Source of the DNA: Laetmonice hystrix
Taxonomy: Eukaryota
Assembly (NCBI GenBank): GCA_965235115.1
Contig: OZ249449.1
Location: forward strand, 11,408,001-11,472,000
Direction: 5' to 3'
Length of the DNA: 64,000 nucleotides
Shown: positions 22,301 through 32,645 of the stretch, in pieces
How positions within the stretch are numbered: the first letter of the stretch is position 1
Layout: every line of letters starts with the position of its first letter
The notes under the pieces: generated by a model
What the model was told of the DNA's origin: nothing
The model's input: the letters and a program-made list of their open reading frames with translations, nothing else
The model's database searches: none
Position numbers and translations under genes: made by a program

Positions 22301-24791
22301 TGAAATCACTCTAGAGTACTCTGAACCTAGGACGAAATCACTCTAGAGTGCTCTGAACCTAGGACGAAATCACTCTAGAGTGCTCTGAACCTAGGACAAA
22401 ATCACTCTAGAGTGCTCTGAACCTAGGCAAAATCACTCTAGAGTACTCTGAACCTAGGACAAAATCACTCTAGAGTGCTCTGAACCTAGGACAAAATCAC
22501 TCTAGAATACTATCAATCATTACACCAGTGTTAAATATTTTAATGTTGATGTTCTGTAGAGAATATTTAAAGATAAAGTTCTGCGTAAATGGTTTAATTC
22601 AAATAGGTCTCAAATTTTATTGTTACTAATTATGTTTTGTTTTGTGATCATTTTAGCTTTGAAACAGTTTAAACGTTTGTGCTTCTTCATCGTTTGTGAA
22701 AATAAACATTGATAACGTAAACGTGCTAATAGAATGATAATATCCTCCTGATGGAACCTGCTATCTCAAATATTTATATATATTTAATAATAGAATAAGA
22801 GGGTTTTTTTTCTAAACCATCCTCTATTTGTACATCTCTGACCTTGATTCCTTCCATGTCCTTGAAGTTGAAGTCGAGGACCGGAAGTGGCTTTCCGCCG
22901 TCCCGGGTCCAGCGGTGCGAACCGGGGATGTACTGGAGACAGCCGTTCTCTACGGTTTGGTCCTCCAGGGCTATGTGAACCTGTAAATAGAATATATTTA
23001 GTCTTCCAATGCTGTGTAAACCTGTAAATAGGGCACTAGGAATTGCCTTAACGACATTGTTTACATATAGTTAAATACGTTTATTGCAATGCCAGATTGC
23101 CAAGGCTTATATAAAAGATCTCAATAATTATAAACTCTCAAAGCATATCATTTGGTATAATGTTTTTCCAACTTCAAATAAAAAAAATCCATGGTTTTAT
23201 CGCTATAGACCAACAGACCAGCCCGGTAAAATGGATTGCCGTAGAGACTATCGGTCCTTACAGTCAGGTGCATCATGGGATGTGTGCGCGTCCAGTACGA
23301 ATAGTCCTGGTGCCTGAAAGAATTAAATGGTTTCCAGCACACAGCCTGGCGAAGCTATCAAAAAGGGTTTTGTTATAAAATAATGAAACGATTTTTAAGT
23401 AGTCTGAGCACTGCTATATATCTGTAGCATCTTACCAAGCAACAACCCCGCCATGTCGGGCTGGTTTCGCGAAGAATTGGTCATGCCAGAACCTCACGCT
23501 GCGTTCCTCGTTCTTCACGAGAAGTTGCGAGGCTGCCACCTAAAAACAAACATCACGTGACAAATCCCATGGCGGTCTACGTTAGAAATCAAAGGGGCCT
23601 TACAATTAACCTCGATATGCCCCATAACTCTTCCAACACTAGGCCCTGGGCGTAACCAACAGTTACGTATTTTAGCCGTTGCTATAGCAACTTACGACAA
23701 CGTTGGGGTGGAAGACGAGATCATGGAAGAGTTTCGTCATCCGCCAGTGTCCGAGAGCGTGCACTAGAACGTTTTGGGGGTCAGCGCTCTGGTTGCTATG
23801 GTACTCATACAGGAGGCAGTGTGCTGGGTGCCGTCTGCTATTGTCCTGGAATCGGGTAATAGAGAAGGGTAACCTTAAGGTGGTAAAATTGCTCAATTGT
23901 AAGACTCATAATAATATCTTTAGGCTTCCAAATCAATATCTCATTTGTGCTACTCAGCCAATCTAGGAAAATGAGGATCAAAATGTAACGCTCAGCGTTA
24001 TTGCTTATCCGCTTCCTGTTCAGCCTAGAGCTTATGACAATAAAAACTGTTTCACACCATGAGATAGCCGCAGTCAGACAGTAATTTGTCACATTGTTCC
24101 CGGGTTAGGATGGGAATGTTGGTGATGACTCCATTCCGCCAGAATTCTTCCACCTGAGCTGGACTCAGTCTGTGCTGGTCATAGTTGTACCCCGCCTGAA
24201 GTCGACATATGTAACGGTCAATACTTCCTTCTGTTAAACAGGGTGTCTAAAAACACTCCAGTTTTAATTGACTGCAAAATATATTATATTCGAGACTGTC
24301 TGGTAAGCTGTGATTTATCCAGGGAAGTTCCCGACTCCCTCCCCCCTTGAAGAAATACTATATTAAGGATATTTTTGTTTTTGTATAAAAAAGGGGGCGT
24401 ATAAAATGCATTATTTTAACCATTTGAAGGAAACCTTCATATTTCCACACAAGATGTCCCGAGATTGCATTATTTGATGTCCCAGGCCATGTCCCAGAGG
24501 AGCATGGCCTAGTGGCCATCTCTGAAATACGTAAACTTCGGAAACTCCCCTTACAAAATTTCTGGATACGCCACTGGTAAGTGTATTTTTTCAGATCTTT
24601 GTGATCTTTGTATGTCATTAAAAACAGAAAATGGAGTGTATTTCTAGAAAACATTATGCAAGGGTAAGGGTTTGGGTCAGTGTTAAACTGTATACACCTA
24701 CATGAATTGGGCCGTAAAGTTCAGTCGTCAGTGGAGCGTGGACAGTACTGAGGTCAAATACCCCCGGCCTGACCTCTAACGGCGACGGCAT
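19359..24791 (-). CDS. Phytanoyl-CoA dioxygenase (PhyH) family Fe(II)/2-oxoglutarate dioxygenase, 329 aa, 9 coding exons
   Basis: Exons 24791-24702, 24195-24058, 23845-23696, 23539-23436, 23313-23262, 22980-22843, 21007-20895, 19844-19709, 19427-19359 (990 nt, phases consistent). Motifs [19 protein letters not shown] (HxD), [25 protein letters not shown] (distal His), PRRA (2OG-binding Arg), GQFYPL. Confidence 0.92.
19845..20048. repeat. 51-bp minisatellite x4 built from the PhyH exon-8 acceptor region
   Basis: Units start at 19845, 19896, 19947 and 19998. On the transcribed strand three end ...TTTGTTTCTCCTGTTGCAA and the exon-proximal one ends ...TTTGTTTCTCTTGTTGCAG. Confidence 0.95.
21111..21309. 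mobile_element. Short MITE with CAGGGGTGTAGC-type TIRs and poly-G/poly-C interior
   Basis: GCAAGGGTGTAGC ... GCTACACCCCTGC (1 mismatch); flanked by TAG/TAG (or CTAGG/CTAGG if the ends are set at 21112-21308). Confidence 0.7.
21832..21845 (-). promoter_or_regulatory. CTCF-like motif CCGCCAGGGGGCGC in a PhyH intron
   Basis: Near-consensus match to the bilaterian CTCF core; binding not shown. Confidence 0.5.
22046..22506. repeat. 32-bp satellite x~14.5 (AAAATCACTCTAGAGT[G/A]CTCTGAACCTAGGAC)
   Basis: Head-to-tail period 32 with no spacers; each unit holds the palindrome ACTCTAGAGT and most hold CCTAGG. Confidence 0.97.
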
Positions 24792-25377
24792 GATGTTCCA
24801 AACGTTTGTACCTGCAAGACATTCAAGTGTGTCTACATTAAAATCGTATAATCATGCAGATCTTGGAAAGAAGAGGTAGTAAGCACGAGTAGCTAGATCA
24901 AGGGATCAGCCCTGAAGACTGGACACGCAAGCCCTCCGTGGTCGCCGCAAGGTGGCGTTAGTGCAGCTGGACCGTCGGCGTCCACGCCACCTGGTAAGCA
25001 AATATAAGCATTGACCATCATCATAGACCTATAAAAGCTGGGCTCTAAAAGGCCCGCTATTGCTTTAAATCTACAAGATTCCAGGTGCAAACTTGGAAGC
25101 AAGGACTTAAATCCGTAGAAACCCGAACCAAAATAACCAGAAACACGAGTTTTTCGGACTTTGGAAAGCGCCGAAGCTCCATGCACCCCCTCCTGCTTTG
25201 CTCTTGGAGAGATAAAAGTATTAGCCTACATTTAACTTTCGCTCAGACTTATCCTGCACTCGCAATTAATTATTTTTTTAAACGGTTATTGTTGAGGTAA
25301 ATCCTACCGTCTCTGGTTATTGTTAAGACTGGAGATCCTCGAGTGTGGGGCGGCACAGGGATCAGCTGTAGGCTTAC

Positions 25378-25430
25378 CACTCCGCCATGAGATGTGCTAC
25401 TTTGGTGAGCCTAGAGATTGAAACCACTCG
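25378..25430 (-). other. Probable 5' leader exon of the PhyH-family gene
   Basis: Donor TG|GTAAGC at 25377; acceptor TTGCAG at 24812 precedes the ATG-containing exon. The 5' boundary is a guess. Confidence 0.4.
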
Positions 25431-25571
25431 ACCTGATGATGGATTGCCCCGATAAGTTGTCTTTGGCCAAGTGATACGACCCCGTCGATAAACACTATAA
25501 TCATTGGTTTGAAAGTATCATTATTTGCCTACAGGCCTAGGCCTACACATTTAGGCCTATTATAGGCCTAG

Positions 25572-25728
25572 GGCCCGGTTTCTCGAAAATAGTAGTCTGA
25601 GTTTCACTCAAGTCTACTCAACTCAGGAAATGGAGGATTCACATCGGCTAAAAACGTTCTTTTGAGTAGATTAGAGTGAAAATCAGACTTAAGTAGTCTA
25701 TACTTAAGTATGTTCGAGAAATCGGGCC
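25572..25728. mobile_element. PIF/Harbinger-like MITE, 157 bp
   Basis: TIRs GGCCCGGTTTCTCGAA / TTCGAGAAATCGGGCC (1 mismatch); TAG TSD at 25569-25571 and 25729-25731. Confidence 0.85.
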
Positions 25729-27429
25729 TAGATAACAAGAGAAGGAAGACGGCTAGGCCTATAGGCCTACCATAGGCCTATCTAACAGCATGCAAGAACG
25801 TCGTTGCTAGGCCTATCCCAATTTCCACAACATTTCCACACAGTCTAATCTATAGGCCTATATGCGGCGTGCTATGTGAAAGATCTAGTTGGTAGCTTTA
25901 ACAAGAATGGTGTAGGGTATAGGATATGCATCTTATTCTTAGGCTTTTACAACGGCGAAGCAGAATACCTCTATATATGTGCCACTGAGGTGGCCCCGTT
26001 GACAATAGCAGGGTGGCTCGGCGGTAGCTCTGCGGCAATAAATTGTGGGGATTGCGAGCGAAGCTGCCCGTGCATAAGTTTTGTCTCGTTTCCTTGTTTC
26101 TTTAATACCAAATTTGGAATTATTTCGGCAGTTACGTTAATTCGTGTCAACAGCCGCATCAAATCCCGTGTCTTGCCTCTTGGCATTAAATGTCGCGTCG
26201 CTTTGTTTACATCTCCACCTGAGTCGTTCATAGGGGGCCCTAGGGCTATAAGTATTATTAATAACATCACGATAATCAAATGTTTTGTGTCCAGTGATTA
26301 GGCTACAACGTTCTTCGCACACCGTCCGACCGAGTTTCAGCTTTCTCTGACTCACGCTAGGTGGTGTTCCTGTTGCCCCTAGATACCACCTCGAGACGAT
26401 GTGTCTAGACTGAAGCGCGAGGTGGCGCCACTGTTGAACTCCCCTCAACGTACACGCCTGCCACTTACAAATACAAGCATAACTTTTAGAAATCAGAGTA
26501 TATATCAGTCAGAATGTCTAAAGTCAATGTGTAGAAGTTTGTAGGCAAGCTACAACTTAGTGGCCCTGCTCAGGAAACGCTGATATTTGGACGGGAACCT
26601 AGAAAGGTTCTAAAGATATACTTTTAGGCCTATAGGCCTATCTAATTCCGAGGTTGAAAAAGATTAACTGGACACCAGGAATCGCACTGTATCCTAGAAA
26701 GAAAAAAAAAAGAGAAAAAACGGAAATAACATATACCGTACAGAGCAAACTTTGTTCTCCGGCAATTAAGTTATTCAAGATAGAATAAAGGAAACGTTCA
26801 GAGGAGGATGCCGGATTTTCGATGGATTTTTTTTTTTTTGGGGGGGGGGGGCAATTTAGAAAGTTCCATGTGGACAAAAAGTTGCGGGGGAGACTCCCTT
26901 GACCGCACAAGTCTGAAAGGAATCAGCAAGGCCTTTCTTCTACTACTGTATTGAGTCTTGCATGGAGGCCTACCCTCTATTATAGGCCTATACTGCGTTA
27001 GGAAATGTTACGGACTGGTTTATGCTTGGGGTCTCCAGGCCCTATATCATCAACTGACAGTGCACCAAGTTACCCTAGCCTCATTCTGAACGCGCCGAGA
27101 CCGCAGGGCGCAGAGAACAGTTTGTGTAACATTCTGACAAAGACTATTAGAGCCTGCCGACTGTTGTCAACTCGGCAGGCTTCTTGAAACTGGAGCTCCC
27201 CACCATAAATCTTTGGCGGCAGCGGCTGTTCCACAAACCTCCCTCCGCCAAAACTAACAACAATCTATACCCGCTCGCAATAAAAACAACCTTTTAAACA
27301 GCGTGGCACTGGACTAAACAAAATTACAATATATCTGGCTGAATCAAGAGACGTTTCATCGTCTATTGTCCATGAAAGAAACGTGTTTAAACTAATTAGA
27401 AACGGCGCGTTTCAACAAGAGGGGTCGGC

Positions 27430-27663
27430 ACTCGCCTCGGAGGGAGTTAGACGGAACAGCCATTCGAAGCAGTCGCTCCGCGCTTCCATCTTTGACTCGC
27501 GTGCACATACGATGTGCGTGCAGTTTCTTCATATGCCTTAATTCCCGGCCCGTGTGTGAAGGACACACTGAAGTGGAGATTACCTTAGCAAATCAGGAAC
27601 ATACTCCGAGTCTTCAGAGAGATAGCGCGGACGGATACCTCCTTTGAACCCTCAGTGTCACAG
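27430..27663 (+). other. Probable non-coding first exon of Vangl
   Basis: Consensus donor CAG|GTAAGT at 27664 in a CpG-rich, promoter-like segment. The Vangl ATG exon starts at an acceptor (51862-51863), so an upstream exon is required. Start coordinate approximate; linkage inferred. Confidence 0.45.
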
Positions 27664-30600
27664 GTAAGTCTTGTATACTGCTAGTACCAAGTCCACGGGG
27701 TCCAAATGTTTAGGGAGTCGGGCTTGTGTGGGCACACGTCCGAGACAGATTCGACACTAACCTTTTTAGTTCGGCCGTTAGATTCGGAGACATGATGGCG
27801 TCCCGTGCAGGGGGGAGCCAGGGGTCGCTGTCCCAATTTCCAGTGAGGTTCCATCCAACTTCCCAGAGACGGTTTCTAAGTGGTAATTTCCTTTAATATA
27901 TAAATGAAAAACCCAAGGTGGAAATCTCCGTACCAGGGTGAACGCTAAGTGTTATATCGCGCTTACCATCCGGAGGGGTTACTCAGGAGAAGTGGCGCCG
28001 AAACTTGGCCACAGCGTCCCATGCAGCAGTCGCCACGTTCTGCGGCGTTTTTTTCTTCGGACAGTTTCAGGGTGTTTGCTTCGTTTACTTCGCCCGTTAA
28101 ACGTAACAGTCGCGCTGAGGAGGCCGGCTTGTTGCAAATACAGGTAGGAAATAGACGCAACTTTAGTGAGGCTTCCTGCTAACAGGGGAGTTGCATGATG
28201 TATTATGTATTAGCTTCATTGTGCCTGCATGGGAACTGTCATTCATGTGAACAGTCGGTGTTTATTGAACGCTGTTTGGCAGGACGAACAGGTGAATGTA
28301 TTCATCTTGCATAAGAAGATTTTTATGGTTGGTTGGTTTATTTCGAATCATGATGGAACGTTTCCGGGAACTCTTTTTGGTAGTGATAAAAGTTCGCATT
28401 CCAACCATTCGTACATCCTTCAGCACAAGGAGTCAACATATATGGCCGTTGGAGTTTCTAAAATTAGGAAGGGAGGACTGATTCCCCCTAACCAATCTAC
28501 AAACAGTCCTACCTAGGTGTAATACAAACAGTGAGGGTGAAGAAAAGACATGTATTGTTTTTCCTGGATGTGTTTGTAGATAAAAGTAGACCCTGGCCTC
28601 CCCTTGTGTATTCAGTCACCCAAACCCAGAAATAGTTGTGTCAACTTTGTAACAATCTTCAGTCTCTCCAACACAGACCCATTGGCCGTAATATGGGTTC
28701 GGAGATTGGGGAGGGAAGCTTTCACACTTAGCCAGTGAATGGCCGTTTACACCTGACTGTCTGATGCTGGATTTAGACAGGCGTTAGCTGGGAGACAAGG
28801 TGACTGGGTGAGGAAAGAAGCTGTTAAGTCAGAAGGCTTTAATAACAGCTTTTTATTATTATATATATACGGGAACACTTGAGGTCAGTCAGAGACTGGT
28901 ACATCAATGCAATTTGAAGACATGCATGGAGTCAACAGACAGGTTCCAACAGACATAGGCGTTGAAGGGCACCGGGGATATGTGAGTTTCTATAAATTCT
29001 AATAGTATTTCGACCGTAAGAGACTATCTGGAAAGCTTATAGAGACTCTTTAGTGTATTAACCTTGTCAGATATTCATGGCTTCAGAGTTCACATAAATT
29101 TGTAATAGAAGCTTCCTGGCGCGATGTTGAGAAAATAAGATCAGTGGAGACCGGAGAGGATGGGTTTTTTTCAAAAAGGCCTCTTTAAAGAAAAGGAACA
29201 ACTTTCAGAGGTGATGAATGGCACCTTAGATGTAGGTTACAGTTAACCCTTACAGTATGTGTATTTACAGTGACCAGTGTGAGACGCAAGCGAAGCGGTT
29301 GACACACTTACGCTATAGTTGCTGGTGAAATTAGGTGTTTTTCTGTGTCCTCATAACTTGCACAATGCCTGCACATCGAAGAACTTAGCAAAAGGAGAGA
29401 GTTTTTTGTACTCTCTAGGCAAACAGGAGATGTGTGGGTGGAGGGCACGTTTACCCGAGTCTAGCATCCCTTACTATGCATGTATGATATTTTTAAGGAG
29501 GAACAAAAAAACGGGAGAGTAAAGTAGCATTACAATGCAGTCAGTTGACCTATTTGAAGGACTTTGATTCAAACTTGATTAGTCGACCAGGTGAAGGTTT
29601 AGACACATTGGTTCAAGGTAGAATCGGTATCAATGGACTTATCTCGTGGGAGATGAGACTTGACAAGTTTAAACTTGACCTCCTGCCGGCTAGGTGCACC
29701 TTGTAATGTCAGTAACACCACATACCATACCGTATCTTGTCACATGCATGGCAGCATCACTAGAGGTACGGCTTTTGTATTTAAACGGATAATTGCTCAT
29801 GTCATGTGACATGAGGTGTACATTCAGACAAGGCACAATTTGACTGTAAGAACCCAGGCAGCAGCTTTGTTCACAATAAACTTGTGAATTTATCTTTTTG
29901 GGAGTTAATATCTGTGAATTAAGTTACATGATTTTCATGAGGTTTCAGTTGCTTTTAATCCTTGCTCAACTTCCTTTCTCCTAAACTATGTGTTATCAAT
30001 TGCTAAATTGTCCCGGATGTCATTTAACAACATTTTTCGAATTGTTTTGCTTGTCTAAGAAAGGTGCATGCGGCATCCCCCTTGCAAAAAAATCACTGGG
30101 TGCATCCCCCCTAACGTATCCCTGGATCCGCCCCTTCGGATTCCGGATTTTGTTTGGGTGGGAAGAAATGAATGAGTTTGGTTACGTGAGGCGTTGTTAC
30201 CGACTGGTGAGCAGGAAACAGGGATTGGGTGGACTGAGGTAATTGATTGAGGAGGAAACACATGACCCAAGGTCAGAGCCGACCCTGCAATGAAATAACC
30301 ACACCGATTCGTCAACATTGTGGGCCACTCAGGCCTGGGGTGGATGTAATATCTCCGGCTTTATTGGATCTAAACATGAGTGTTGGCTTGGAACAGAACA
30401 GCTTGCTCCATGAGAGCCCGCCATGCAACAAGATTGGGTCTGCGCCATCTGTCGGTGGATGGCGGTACTATTAAACCGCTGATGCCCTGATTTTTCTTTT
30501 AATGGAGATTTACTACTGCAAATAATTAACTTTGGGAAATTTATGTAAGTTGAGCGCGGAGTAGGCCAATCTGTTTTTGTTGAGCCCACTGACTGATTAA

Positions 30601-32525
30601 TGCGTTTAGTGGTTTTCAGAACTTATTTACAGAGAAGTCTCCCCGCCGCCTCTCATCAAGTACGGATAGAAAATGGCGAGAGAAAAAAACGTTTCATCTG
30701 AGCCAGTGTGCTTTGAGTTACTTTTCACGCCCCATTTCTTTTAATATTTTATCTAAATTTACATCTTGCATTATTTGCCAATTAAAAGAGTTAATTACTA
30801 AATTGTGATTCGGTAACCTAATTAGAATTGGAATCAGGGCAGCTAATTATCTCATCCAATTCATCAATGACTTTTAGAAGCATGATCTTTAAAGTGATCC
30901 CACTCTGCGGTTTAACCATAAGACCCCGTTCGCAATGTTGTATGGTGGCAATGAGGTATTTGATGACCTTTGACATGTGCTGTCTAACCTCTGACCTTTG
31001 TCAGAGATAGGGGTTGTTGTCTGTTTCAATGATGGAATGGCGAAAAACTAAAACCCACTGGAGATCAGTTCCTTCCTTCAAGTTTACCCAGACGAGAAAA
31101 GTTGAAAAGTACTCCCGAAAGGAGCCCCCACAAAATGGGTAAAAGGATCGGGTTCGGTCCGGGGGAAATAATAAAAAAGGGCACGTAAAAAACTGGGCGT
31201 GGTGCTTCTAGATCCACTTGTACAAACTAAACAGCTTCAGGAGGAAAATCCAAGTTCTCAGAAGATTTTTTGCTTCAGAAGGTCATGTATTTTATACATG
31301 TTCAAAGTGTTGTCCTAGAAATAGGATATTATATTTGGTGCTTGGGTAATAAAATTGTTATTACCATAATATGTAATTTAAATCCCATTAAATTACACTT
31401 TCAACTCTGCGCGTGGCTGGCCTTATGCGTATGGCCTACTTTCAGAGTCTCGGAGCGTTGGTACTCAGTCTAGTGGTCTGTGTAACAGACTTACGACATA
31501 TTTGCAATCTCCAAAAGTCGTTCCAGAGCTGCCATCATTACTGAACTGGGGCCGCTGGGAGCCGACAGCAGAGGGAGAGAGAACAGGTCACTGCAGAATG
31601 GGGGCACTAAATTTTTAATGTCACGATTAATGCCAGCTTCGCCCCATGTCTCTCGTTCTAACCGACTGTCATTATGAAGTGAATTAGATCCGTAATTCAC
31701 TGGGGAGAAATTTGTAATAAGTTGGTGAGATGGAGAGTGGTTGTTGTGTGTACGGAGCCGGAGGTTTTATGTACATGTTCTTAGAGTGGTTGGTTTATCA
31801 CACAACTCGAGTGTACGCAGTTTGGGTGTGTATTTTTAGATAAAATTCAAGCGTTGCCATTATTTGTGTGTCTTGCCTTTTGTTGAGATTTCTTTCTTGA
31901 TTATGTTGATTCATAGATACTGATATATTGAGTGGGAACTATGCTGTCGTAATGGCTTAGTGATGAATATATATTTCTATGGCAGACTTTTCCAATTTTC
32001 TCAGAGTTAAAATGTAACACTCGAGGCTGCGACTTGCAAGCCACCTTATGATGTACATGTACACCGTAGTGCCCGTTATATGGTTTGAATTACAGAAATG
32101 GTTTCACATCAGGATCTAGGGAACTAAATCTCGTGTAATATGTTGTAACCCAAACTCGTTCCCCGGAAAGAGTAATGTGTGTGGAAGTTTCCCCCTTTGG
32201 TTGGGTTTGGCGGTTAGAGTCTGGTTTACCTCAGCGTCACTCATTCCCTGACTTCAAAACATAACGTCAGGTTGAGAAGGTATCCCAGAAGGCCGATGTG
32301 TTTATTTCCCTCTGCTGCTGGCGTGGTCTGTCCTCACTGATGGTCAACATGAGGCTTGCAGCGGAGACATGAGGCTGGGAGCTGAGGCGAGCAGGAGGCT
32401 TGGGATTCCAAGAGGTGTTTGGATTGGCATGGGGACGTCCATCCGGAGGTGTTGCCATTGGCAGCAGGAGGCCCCAACGTCCCACTCTCTAGGTGGGATC
32501 AGTACCTTGTATATTTCACAGCCCA

Positions 32526-32645
32526 GGTGGGGGTGATGAAGGGGGTGGGGGTGATGAAGGGGGTGGGGGTGATGAAGGGGGTGGGGGTGATGAAGGGGGT
32601 GGGGGTGATGAAGGGGGTGGGGGTGATAAAGGGGGTGGGGATGAA
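32526..32645 (+). repeat. G-rich 18-bp minisatellite x~6.5 (GGTGGGGGTGATGAAGGG)
   Basis: Direct tandem repeat with successive G5 runs. Confidence 0.95.

Noticed and set aside
22046-22506. CRISPR array (32-bp palindromic repeats)
   Set aside because: Units are head-to-tail with no unique spacers, lie in a spliceosomal intron, and no cas genes are present.
19359-24791. Bacterial contamination as the source of the PhyH gene
   Set aside because: The CDS is split by eight canonical GT-AG introns containing host-type repeats.
25876-26448. Small secreted protein or other ORFs between the two promoters
   Set aside because: Non-ATG starts, no recognisable domain, no splice signals; looks like CpG-rich regulatory DNA.
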